Positions 39,701 through 51,130 of a DNA stretch of 64,000 nt are shown one piece after another. Origin of the DNA: Antedon mediterranea (Eukaryota > Animalia > Echinodermata); assembly GCF_964355755.1 (NCBI RefSeq), contig NC_092679.1:8400201-8464200 (forward strand). Reading direction: 5' to 3'. Every line of letters begins with the position of its first letter. The stretch's first letter is position 1. Below the pieces are notes generated by a model. The model had not been told where the DNA came from, ran no database searches, and worked only from the letters and a program-made list of their open reading frames with translations. A program made the position numbers and the translations under genes.

Positions 39701-42004
39701 AAATTACGTGTGGCATTAATTTCATCTTTACAGTAAATTTTAATCTGTTATAGCTCGTAAGAATAAAATGTGATAATCACGATTAAAACGTTTTGTGGAA
39801 GCTATTGGATTGAAGATACAAAATCATGTGAAAATGTTGCCAATCGGATGTTGTGACATCATCATATGGCCAGTTAAATAAAAAATGTTGTATTTTCATC
39901 TTTTGCGTCATAATTCATTACATTTAAAAGAGCGCGAATCAATATTTCACGTATTCAAATTTCTTCTACACGTTAATATGTTGTTTCTGAGATAATTTCC
40001 TTCCGAAATTGCTACCTTCGCATTTCATTTTAAAACCCTCAACATGTTAAAAATTGCAATAAATGGCAGGTCCCATAATTTCACTCATTCTACACTGTAT
40101 GTAATATGTATACATATTATACTATATATACTATATGACACAAAATTCAGCACTAACAACATATCATATTCTTCAGTTCAGGTCATAATGCCATAATCTT
40201 TTTTCTGTGTGCAATATTCCAACGTATGACGTGCACGTGGCGTTGTCGTGCGGATAACTAACTCGTCAAAGTGATGAGTTACATATCTAGTTAGTTATCC
40301 GCACTTGGCGGATAACTCCTTGTGATTGTATGGGATCATCATTTTTTTTTTTGGTTATCCGCAACTTAGTTGCAGGATACCCATGTGATTGTAAATATCT
40401 TTTTTTTTCATCTTCTTTGTTATTCTTCTTTCTTTCCCGGATTTTTGTTACCAGCATATCTCTATTGCTTGTGAACATAACTTTGTATAACTTGGTAAAA
40501 AGATTGACATTGAAGTGTAGATGTGCAGCCAAGCTTTTGGACGATGTCAGATCCGCGTTGCGTAAGTTACGCGCGATTTTATGAATTTCTATAACTGATC
40601 ATAAATTTAGAACCAACAAATATTGTTTCATGAAACTTAATAAAATTATAATTCATATCATGGGTCAATTTTCTATGGATTAAAAATGGCCTGTTTTACA
40701 AGAAGTTACGTGTGCACGCGCATTTAAAATTTCAAAATGCGCAAAATTAATTTCTAATCAACTTTCTACGCTGATCATGACATTTTGAGCATGTCAACAA
40801 TTTAAGTCATATCATGCGCAAACTTTCTATGCGCAAACTTTCTATGGCATGTTTCAAAGAAAGTTACGCGCGCACGCGCGTTTACAATTTCATAATACGG
40901 AAAATCAATTTCTAATCAACTTTCTACGCGTTTCATGTCATTTTGAGCATTTCAACAATTTTTTTACGCGCGCTTGCGCATATAGCGCAAAAACATCATT
41001 TTTTTTCTTGATTTTTGTGTTTTTAGCCTTTTGTAGTAAATTTACCAATTTTCAATCAATTTCGACTTAAAATTACGTCATACGAGCACGTAGAATTGGA
41101 TAATTTGAGCACGTTTTTGATGAAAAACTTCAAAAATTCGTCAAAATTATGTATTTTTTTAAACAGTCATAAATTCTAAACTACGCGGTGAACTTTTTTT
41201 AAATTACATATTCTGGAAGTAGATGAGTTGTACTTCTCGAATCATGCATTGATATGGCTACTGGACATTGTGACATCATCGTATGGCCACCTGAATATAA
41301 AATATAGGATTTTTGTCTCTTTAGTCATAGCGCGTCACATTTAATAGAGCGCATCTCTACTTATCCGTATTCCATTTCCCTCCATTTTTTTATATTGTCT
41401 AGGTCAATCAATTACTTTTACATGATTTATCATTTTTAACATTGTGCTGACGTCATCATGTTGAAAAGCGTCAATAACTTTGGTCACTTATTTTCACCTA
41501 TTCTGCACTGTATGTTGTACGTATACAGTATATAGTGTATACTGTATATACTTAGACGTGACACAAAATAGAGAGCACACTGAAATTGTTTCAATGGCAT
41601 AATCGTTTTTCTGCGCGCAATATTCTAACGTATGACGTGCACGTGGCCTTTGCGGTGCGGATAACTTAACTCGTCCGTAGTGACTAGTTGGTTATCCGCC
41701 TTGGCGGATAACCCCTCGTTATTGTCAGGATCTTTTTTTTTTTTCTTTTTTTTTTGTGGTTATCCGCACTTGGCAATTTTTAATCAACTTTCTACGCGTT
41801 TCATGTCATTTTGAGCATTTCAAAAATGTCCACGCGTGCGCAATTTTTTACGCGCACGTAGCGCAAAAATATCTTCTTTTTTTCTAGATTTTTGTTCTTT
41901 CAACCTTTTCGAGGAATTTTACCAACTTTCAACTAATTTCGACTTAAAATCACGTCATACGAGCACGTAGAATTGAATAATTTGCGCGCGTTTTTGATGA
42001 AATA

Positions 42005-42716
42005 CCGTAGTTCCTCGGGTATAATCCCACCTCGGGTATAATCCCACCCCCGACTTTACGATTACCTTCACACGCAAGCATATCCCCGGGCAAAGTCCCA
42101 GTGTATAATTTTACATTAGGCCAGAGGTGGGCCTAGGCCTACTGTAGCTAGCTAGGCCGACGTCAATTTCTCACCAAAAAAATAGAGTGATTTCTCTGAA
42201 TTTGGCTGACTTAAAACTCATCAAACAATACAACCTTAAGGCCCCGATGGTCACGTTCTGTACATCCTTTCGCCGTCGTGTACATTCTTTCTTGTTGTTT
42301 ACACTACTACTGTGCATGCTTGATTACCGTAAAAAAAACACCGCCCTCTATACCGACCAGCTTGTGCACAGTAGAGTTTGTGTCACATGCAACAAAATGC
42401 GATTCGAGCGTGTGAGTGAACATGTATCGATCGAGTTCATGTCGATTTAGGAAGCTAGGCCTAGATCACATTTTAGGGTATTTTTTAAGTAGAAATCTCG
42501 GAGAAAACCAGTTAGGCCGCCTAGGCCTAGATGGCCTGGCCGTCTAATTGCTAGGCCTACATCGGAATATAGCTTTTAGATAGCCTAAATCGTAGCTAGA
42601 AGAAATATCGTCATTTTCAGTTCATGCAGCGGGAAATCCCCGGGTATAGTCCCACCTCCCAAATTCGGGCAAATTTCACGTACAAGGGGGGTGGGATTAT
42701 ACCCGGGGAACTACGG
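42005..42716. mobile_element. Tc1/mariner (pogo/Tc2-like) MITE
   Basis: TIR CCGTAGTTCC(T/C)CGGGTATAATCCCACC at both ends, TA TSD and internal copies of CGGGTATAATCCCACC. The HINE body resumes after it. Confidence 0.9.
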
Positions 42717-43446
42717 TAGTTCAAAAATTTTTGAAAATTATGCCTTTTTTAAAACAGTCATAGATTCTAAACTACGTGGTAAATTTTTTTTAAATTACAG
42801 ATTCTGGAAGTAGATGAGTTGTAATATCGAATCATGCATGAATATGGCTAACCGGACGTTGTGACGTCATCGTATGGCCACGATATTGGATTTTTGTATC
42901 TTTTGTCATAGCTCATCACATTAAATAGAGCGCATCTTCACTTATCCGTATCCCATTTCCCTCCATTTTTTTGTATTGTCTAGGTCAATCAATTATCTTT
43001 CGCATGATTCACCATTTTTAAAATTGTGATGACGTCATCATGTTCAAAAGCATCAATAACTTTTCACTTATTTTCAACTATTCTGCACTGTATGTAGTAC
43101 GTATACAGTATAGTGTATACCGTATATACTTAGACGTGAAATAGAGAGCGCACTATCATTTTTTAATGGCATAATCGTTATACTGCACGTGACGTGCATG
43201 TGGCGTTTGCGCTGCGGATAACCTAACGCCGCGGATAACCTAACTCGTCCGTGGTGACGAGTTCAAATCTAGTTTATGTTAAAACTCATTTCATAGCGAA
43301 ATACGTACATTTTATATGCCCCACTTAAAATGGATCTTTACCAAATTTAAACCACATAGATATGTGGTCAAGGGCAACTCCACTAAATTGTGGAGGCAAA
43401 CCAGGATCACAGTTTTGTACCACTTTTTATTATTTTACAATTTGGA

Positions 43447-43582
43447 TCTCTTTTCTCTCTCTCTCTCTCTGATTGATCTTGTTATTATTGTTACTATTAT
43501 TATTATTACTACTATTGCTACTATTATTACTATTACTGCTATTATTAATATTACTGCTATTATTAATATTAATTACTACTAT
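43447..43582. repeat. (CT)n plus compound (ATT/ACT/GCT)n microsatellite abutting a splice acceptor
   Basis: Read directly from the sequence. Confidence 0.95.
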
Positions 43583-43587
43583 CATAG

Positions 43588-43819
43588 GAGGGACATGGAG
43601 AATGCATTAACATGGATACAAGAGTGCCAAGCAAAGTATGGATTCATGCCAAGTTTCCATGACATATTAGTACATCTCATCAATGATGGTGACAAGGATA
43701 TGTTGCAGAAAGGAATGGAGTTCAGTAGTTCTCATCATGGGGATATTAATATGCTATATGATATGACATTTGCATTTTTGACAACTGGAAAATTTGAAGA
43801 AGCAAAAAAAATTATTGAT
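43588..43819 (+). CDS. LRPPRC: LRPPRC exon (RDMENALTWIQECQAKYGFMPSFHDIL...MLYDMTFAFLTTGKFEEAKKIID)
   Basis: Strong resemblance to LRPPRC ...[23 protein letters not shown]; AG and GTAAGT sites; phases 2 and 0 are consistent. Confidence 0.95.
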
Positions 43820-43904
43820 GTAAGTTTTAATATCATTACTGTACTCTAGATGAATAAGATATTTTACCTATTTTTTACCTAAAATTGTGCAGCATTAAAT
43901 TATC

Positions 43905-44616
43905 TTTTTTTAGTTCACTATGTCGGTCGGTCTGTCTGTCTGTCGGTCCGGTATCACTATGCGTGTTATCGCTTTCTGACCTTATCTTGATATCAGTTTA
44001 ATCTAGCTAAGTCAATTTTTCACAGTATATTCCTTATGGCCAGGAATCGATATGGTTATGTTTTCACGGTGTGCAATAAAAAATTACGCGGTCTACGCAC
44101 GATTTAACGAAATCACGTTTGTAATCATATCTTCACAACCATGAATCACAATTATATAAAATTTGGTACTCATAAATTTCAGGGCATAAATCATCATATG
44201 GCAATACAATTACGTGCGTAGCGCATGTAACGCATGCGTACGCGCGCTTAAAATTTTCTAAATTTATTTTCGATAAAATAAGAGTACGTTTCAGCCAATT
44301 TTAAGAGTTTACAAAATTGCCATGAGTGCGCAGATTTTTGCGCGCGCACTGCGCGTTAAATGTTATTGCTCACTCTTTTTGCCCGATTTCTGTTTTCTTG
44401 ACTTACTTTTCAACTAGAAATTACGTTATACGAGCACGTCAAAAGTGACAGGCTGCACGTGTAAATTAAAAAAATATAAATGTTTTTAAACATTTCAACA
44501 TTTTTAAACATGTTCAGTAATTTTGGTCAGTATAGTTCACTATGTCTGTCGGTCTGTCTGTCGGTCCGGTATCACTATGCATTGTAGCACGCGACTTAAT
44601 GGCTGTTGGCCTTGTT
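43905..44616 (+). mobile_element. Second Helentron/DINE-like non-autonomous element with (GTCY)n tracts, probably 5'-damaged
   Basis: T-run start; GTCG/GTCT microsatellite block repeated at 43911-43962 and 44533-44580; 3' end AGCACGCGACT...GGCTGTTGGCCTTGTT typical of HINE termini. The interior is similar to the main family body. Confidence 0.65.
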
Positions 44617-44879
44617 TTATATTAGGTCAAACAAAAATAGTTTTCTGTCAAAGTTCGAAATTGTTTGGGGAGGCGATTGTTTAACAAAATGCTCCCTGGT
44701 ATGGTCTGGTATATGGCTGATGTATGCTCATGTTGTCAGCCAGATGATTGAGAGCACAAATGATCATAATAAATAACAAATAATCTCTACCTAAATTTAA
44801 ATCAACCTCAGGGTGGTCACTTACGAGATTGCTTTACGATGGAGGTGGATAGACTGATAGCTAGGTAAAGATTGATTTT

Positions 44880-45665
44880 TTCTTTATTCTTTATTCTTTA
44901 TTTCAAGCCAACAGTGTAAAACACCAATAACAGGTTGAAAATAAAATAACTAAACTACAAAATATAAGCCAATATAAATATATACAAAAATGTAAATAAG
45001 ATTATTTAAATAATTTCATTAATAATACATTTAAATTGAGAGAAATTAAATCTAAAGAATTATTTTTTAAAAGACATGAATTGTACAAAGACAAGAGTCT
45101 ACAGAAAATACAATTTTTACAAACATTGACAAGAGAAAATTTAACATGAAGAAAGGGTTTACTACGAAGATTACGAACAGGAACATTAAAATAAAACAAC
45201 GAAACAAGATTACAATCAAACTTAGAAGTAAGACATTTATACAGGAATTGCAAATCCTGTCTTGCTCTCCTAGATGTCGGGGAAACAATAGGAGGCAGAA
45301 ATTGTTATGGGTCCGATCTATTCTGGAGGCTTGAGAAGCAGAGAGTGAGTTGTAAATAATTGAACAGAAATTGAAAGATGGTTGGATGAGGGAAAGATAA
45401 AGTGCACGTTTGGTGTATAGAGATAAATGTTTGCAATTGCGCCACATCAGCCCAAGCAGCCTATTGGCCTTTCTGACAACATGATCAACGTGTGAAATAA
45501 ATGTCATGTTTACGATGAAAATGCCGAGGTCCCGATAAGAGTTTACACTTTCAAGGACTTCTTCTTGAACAGAGTAAGCGAAAATAATAGGTTTTTTCTT
45601 AAGAGAGCATAGGTTTTTTCTTTTTGACATAAGTTTGTAAAATATATACATTTTCTACATTTGCT
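44880..45665 (-). mobile_element. 5'-truncated CR1/L2-type LINE
   Basis: Minus-strand LESVNSYRDLGI...HVDHVVRKANRLLGL...LYLSLIQPSFNFCSIIYN and a simple-repeat tail near 44880-44900. Confidence 0.85.
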
Positions 45666-45893
45666 GGCGATTGTAACTACATAGACCAGAAGCCCAGAAA
45701 GTTTATTCACGTGAAAAGCCACAAAATGATATGATTATGTAGATATATAGCCAAGATGCAATAATCAATATTGCTGTAAATTTACCTTGGGGACACCAAA
45801 TGAGAAGTGTTTAAAAATGGATTTAATCATGTGAAAAGCCACATAGATAAAAATTATTGGACATTGTTCTCATATGTGTATACAATGTTTTAA

Positions 45894-47124
45894 TTGGTTA
45901 TCCGCACTTGGCGGATAACCCCTTGTTATTGTCAGGATCTTTTTTTTTCTTTTTCTTTTTTTTTTTTTTCTATATTCTTCTTTCTTTCCACGAATTTTGT
46001 TCGCAGCGTATCTCTAATTCTGGCTAACAAATGATTGTATAACTTTGTCAAAAGATTGCCCTGTAGCTGTAGATGTGCAAGAAACTTTTTTTTTCAAATT
46101 TCGAGTTGCGCGGCGTAAGTTACGCGCAATTTTGTGAATTTCAATGATTGATCATAGAATAAAAACTAAAAGTCGTTTTGTATTGAAACTTGGTGAAAAT
46201 TTAAGTCTTATAATATGCAAACTTTGTATGGATTAAAAATGGCATGTTTCACAAAAAGTTACGCGCGCACGTGCATTTAAAATTTCAAAATGCGAAAAAT
46301 CAATTTCTAATCAACTTTCTACGCGTTTCATGTCATTTTGAGCATTTAAAAAATTCTCACGCGTGCGCAATTTTTTTACGCGCACGTAGCACAAAAACAA
46401 ACATCTTTTTTTTTATTGATTTTTGTTTTTTCTGTCTTTTATAATAAATTTACCAATTTTCAATCAATTTTGCCTTAAAATCTCGTCATACGAGCACGTA
46501 GAATTAAACAATTTGCGCGCAATTTTGATGAAAAAGTCCAAAAATTTGTCAAAATTATGCCTTTTTTTAAACGGTCATAGATTCTAAACTACTTGGTGAA
46601 CTTTTTTTAAATTACATATTCTGGTAGTAGATGAGTTGTAGATATCGAATCATGTATCAATATGGCTAACAGGACATTTTGACGTCATCGTTTGACGTTA
46701 CGTTATGGCCACTCGAATATAAAATATAGGATTTTTGTCTCTTTCCTCATAGCTCGTCACATTTAATAGAGCGCATCTCCACTTTTTTGTATTCCATTTC
46801 CTCCCATTTTTTTATATTGTTTAAGGTCAATCAATTATCTTTCGCATGATTCAACATTTTTTTAATTTTTATTACGTCATCATGTGCAAAAGCGTAAATA
46901 ACTTTGGTCACTTATTTTCACCTATTCTGCACTGTATGTAGTACGTATACAGTATATAGTGTATACCGTATATACTTAGACATGACACAAAATAGAGAGC
47001 GCACTAACATTTTTTTTAATGGCATAATCGTTTTGTCTGCGCGCAATATTCTAACGTATGACGTGCACGTGGCTTTTGCTCTGCGGATAACCTAACTCGT
47101 CCATAGTGACGAGTTCAAATCTAG
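45894..47124 (+). mobile_element. Solo complete short-type copy of the Helitron2/Helentron-like family (reference copy)
   Basis: A|TTGGTTATCCGC-acttg-GCGGATAACC head, T-rich leader, body, then GCGGATAACC-hairpin-CTAG|T. Flanks are unique and there is no TSD. Confidence 0.9.
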
Positions 47125-47160
47125 TTTAATATTTGTATTCTGTTTTTATTATTTAAATAG

Positions 47161-47320
47161 ACACCAGGGATGATTGCCAGACCAGGCAGACTACATTGGT
47201 ACTCAGAAAAATGTGTTGCAGAGCGAATGCAAGAACAGATGGAAAAATTAGTTGAGATCACCAAAGATTTGTACAATTGTAACAGAGATAACCTTTATTT
47301 TTGTCTTTTGCAACTTTACG
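47161..47320 (+). CDS. LRPPRC: LRPPRC exon (TPGMIARPGRLHWYSEKC...MEKLVEITKDLYNCNRDNLYFCLLQLY); absent from the ORF track
   Basis: Matches LRPPRC TPGIRARSARLQWFCDRC...[27 protein letters not shown]; AG and GTAAGT sites; phases 0 and 1. Confidence 0.95.
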
Positions 47321-48109
47321 GTAAGTAACTTTGCCCAGCATTTTCATCTCTTTGTTGTTTTTGTTTTTTTGTATATTTTTTTGATTTTATACTGCTCAAA
47401 ATAAATAAATAAATGAGGAAACGAAAGTTGTTATTTTATTATTATTCTCATCTGTCAGCACCAACACAGCACTAGAACCAACATCACTGGCATTGATGAT
47501 ATCATTCTTAATCATAATCATTTTGCAATATCTTCATGTTATCTATTATATGGATTTTGTTTTGTTTTATTGGTGAAATTCAGACATATAATCAAGTATG
47601 ATACAGACTCCTAAAATGTCCTATCAGTTTTTTCTAGACTTTTTAGAGATCCTTGGAGAGTTTAAAATGAATTCCCTTTCAAGTGCTTTTCCACAACACA
47701 CTTTAAACTGGAGTACAATTATTATTTCTTGCTGTGTATCAAAATTTCAATGTGGAGTCTCTAACATATAGTCAACTTCTCTAACTTTCTCTAATAATTT
47801 GTAAGGACCAACACATTTTGCAGATGATTGACTGGGAAGGGCAACATAAGCAACACTTCATCACCTGCTTTTCTATCAAACGTTCTCTTCATTTAACCCC
47901 AGGATTGCTCAAAGTCAATGTCAACCATGAGGAGCAAATGTCTTGGCCAATCCAATTTGATTTAGCCAATTTTAGCCCTGCATACATTTATAGGCTTACA
48001 TGGCCACATGTTTTCGTATTTGATTAGCATGGAAAATACCTAATTTTGAATGTTGTTTTGTACGACAAATCATTAGTTTTTTGTTTGTTTTTTTTCTTCT
48101 TATTTTCAG

Positions 48110-48272
48110 CAAAAAATGGAGATCCTGACAAGTGCTTTCAAATTTGGACTGACATGCAGGAAGAGGAAGTAATCCCTTCAGATCGTACTTTGCGATATCT
48201 TGCAAATGTTTTGAAATCACATGGTCGTCCAGTTCCTTATGAAGTACCAGCGATAATCGAATTTGCAAGTCA
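48110..48272 (+). CDS. LRPPRC: LRPPRC exon (AKNGDPDKCFQIWTDMQEEEVIPSDRTLRYLANVLKSHGRPVPYEVP...)
   Basis: PPR-like; matches LRPPRC ...[35 protein letters not shown]. It has a ttttcag acceptor; the donor GTAAGA at 48273 is less certain. Confidence 0.9.
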
Positions 48273-48759
48273 GTAAGACGTATAAATATCATAACATAAT
48301 TATATTTCTCCAATTATTATATTCATATTAATATTACACCCTCTTGGTTACCTACAATTAGGAAAATTACACTGTAAAAATTACTCTATTGTTGAGGTTG
48401 TTGTCTTTATTTTATTCTTTGCTTTGATCTTTCTTTTGTATGCTGAAAGAAAAATTTTGCTAATTTTTAACTGAACTGCCCAACCATTAACCTAAAAGCT
48501 TTGGTCAACAATGAACTGGGGAAGCTTTTAAGGATAAGATTTGGCAACATTATTAGTCTAGCTAGTTTTAAAATATGTATTAAGGAAACTGAAACTACAA
48601 AATCTGTCTTAAAAACTTCTTATAATAAAATCACACATGAGGAATATAATGATATTTGAGTGATTTGTTTTTTCGCAGTAATTTTTTGAAACATGCAAAT
48701 GGCCTAATTCATGCTCTAAATTGCACTCAGGTGCAGGATTGGTTAAAGCAAAAAATAGC

Positions 48760-49230
48760 ATAATATAGCAAATGATTAGCTATATTTGAAAATGCTTAAA
48801 TAGCATTAATAAAGCATCAAATAAGCAGACAATAGCATGTACACTTGCTCATGATTCAGCTACATGTGCTATTTCCGCTTAAGCATTTCATCAGCTATTG
48901 GCAAGAAGCACTTGTAAGCATATTATAGCAATTCTTAAGCAGTCAATAGCGTTCACTAAGCTTAAGCAAATAATAGCATAATGTAGCAAATGATTAGCTC
49001 TATTTGCTTGTAAGCATACTATAGCAATTCTTAAGCAGTCAATAGCATTCACTAAGCTTAAGCAAATAATAGCATAAATTAGCAAATGATTAGCTCTATT
49101 TGCTTGTAAGCATACTATAGCAATTCTTAAGCAGTCAATAGCATTCACTATGCTTAAGCAAATAATAGCATAAAATAGCAAATGATTAGCTCTATTTGCT
49201 TGTAAGCATACTATATTCCTAAGCAGTACA
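48760..49230. repeat. Tandem repeat, 96-bp unit (~3 good copies plus one degenerate)
   Basis: agcaaatgattagctctatttgcttgtaagc at 48985, 49081 and 49177. Confidence 0.9.
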
Positions 49231-49404
49231 GCTAGGTATCACATACATACTGCATTGCTGTGGTAACATAGAGCTAAACCATTCATGTGTGGAAATGAAA
49301 ACCAACCTGCTTATTCGGCTTATTCCGCTAAAACATCCTGCAGTACCGCATTAAATTGCAAACTACATACATACAGTTTGCTGTTGGTAAAAGTTGGCCA
49401 CCAA

Positions 49405-49582
49405 CAATGCAGTGTTTAAGCCATGGAATAATTTTGGAATAAACTTTTCAGCGATTTTACCCCAAATTTTAATGAAACCATTCAGTTACTAATACAATGC
49501 AGTGCTTAAGCCATGGAATAATTTTGGAATAAACCTTTCACCGATTTTACCCCAAATTTTAATGAAACCATTCAGTTATTTA
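49405..49582. repeat. Tandem duplication, 90-bp unit x2
   Basis: caatgcagtg...gaaaccattcagtta at 49405 and 49495. Confidence 0.9.
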
Positions 49583-49779
49583 GTTATTAACCATTGGATA
49601 TAATTCCAATTAATGCTCGAAATTGTATGACTATATTTTAAAAGTGGTACCCACAGCATTGTCATTTTTTCAGTAATTTGCCTTTGGATTTATATTTTAA
49701 AAGTGGTATACACGTCAGGCGTTTTACATAAGGCGTTTTAGATGGAAGGTGATTAAATCCTGGAGCGGGGTTGGTGAAA

Positions 49780-49972
49780 TCTGTCCATAATCGATTACTT
49801 TTCTGTCCATAATAGGTTACTTTCTGTCCATAATAGGGACTAGAGGGCACTGTTGTTTGTCCATAATAGGTAACTTTCATAATTGGCTGTCCAAAATAGG
49901 TGACTTTTTGTCCGAAATAGAGGATTTTATTGCTATAGTGCGCCATCCATTGTGTTGTCCATAATAGGTGAT
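49780..49972. repeat. Cluster of TGTCCATAATAGG motifs (likely subterminal repeats of a DNA transposon)
   Basis: About seven copies in 190 bp. Confidence 0.7.
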
Positions 49973-51130
49973 TTTTTTGGCGTACTCGTACGTACGTAGT
50001 TTATTTCGCGAGTAGAAGTAATACTCATTTGCTTTCTGTTCTGACTTCGAGGCTACCTAGGAGGCCTAATTAGTATAACTATAATTATCTAAGTCTCTCT
50101 AGCCTAGGCTAGTCCTGTTAGTTAGGCTACCTATATAGGCCTAGTACTACTAGCCTAGTATATTTGTTATTGTCCACTAATAATGAAATGTGAGATTTAT
50201 TCAACAACAAATAATTTAATTTGAACTTCATTTTAGGTTTTGAATGTTAGTACGGACAGACATTACGCAACTTACCATACTATTGCAAGTTTAAATAAAT
50301 CACCCAACCCACACGTTCTTTTACAAAAATAAAAAATACCCCATAATACTCTAATATTGAAGAAGTTTTATTTTTTTAAGATAATGAAAATGTAAACTGT
50401 TATTTTTAATGCATTGGTGTTTCAATGTAATTGTTGTATTTTTTTTTCTTTGGACTTTATTTTGTTTTGTTAATAATAAAAATCAACTTTATCAATTTAA
50501 TATTGAAAAAGACATCACAGTTCAGCACTTCATTTCGTCATTTTAGGTCCTCCCCTATTTCAAAATCCTGGATCCACATAGCTCAATGACAAATCATTCC
50601 AGTCTGAAGTGGATCAACAGCAGCACTTCTCATCCATTTATTATATTGTTGTTTAATTAAATGAATCAATTTTAATGTTTAATAATAAGAAATACGACAA
50701 TAAATCAAGTTTACATACACATAGTGTACAATCAACACCTTTGTTCTGTATTCAGAACAGTTTATTGAAAAGTGTAAAAACATGGTTAAACTACAATTTG
50801 AAAAATAGCAAAGATAAATAAAATACACCATAATTATTATGTTTATTACTATAATTATTGATCGATGATGTACTTTTTCATTTCAGCAGCATACTGTATA
50901 TGAGCAGAATATCAAACATCTGTATGCCTATAATTAAAAAAGGAAATATTTAAATACTACTATAATACTATAATAATGCTAATACTATATTATTGTATAA
51001 TGCAAATAACTTCAATCTTAGTAATGCTGAGACAAATGTTCATGTTGTATGGTGGGACACAGTTATGTTTAAATATTTATTGCATTTTTAAAAAAAGATA
51101 TGTAGGAATGTTTTACTAAATTTAAGTTTA

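Larger units (their letters stand above)
27415..43272 (+). mobile_element. Nested array 2 of the same Helitron2/Helentron-like family, interrupted by three DNA transposons
   Basis: Heads at 27415, 27478, 33092, 33168, 33249, 33315, 33340, 40291, 40351, 41688 and ~41757. CTAG tails at 33091, 38785, 40290, 41687 and 43272. The outer flanks read A|T. Confidence 0.85.

Noticed and set aside
43316-43587. Hydrophobic Ile/Thr-rich N-terminus of the 177-aa ORF as a transmembrane segment
   Set aside because: It is a translation of the ATT/ACT microsatellite upstream of the true acceptor.
48891-49181. Protein with 32-aa repeats
   Set aside because: An artefact of a 96-bp tandem DNA repeat, with no splice or homology support.
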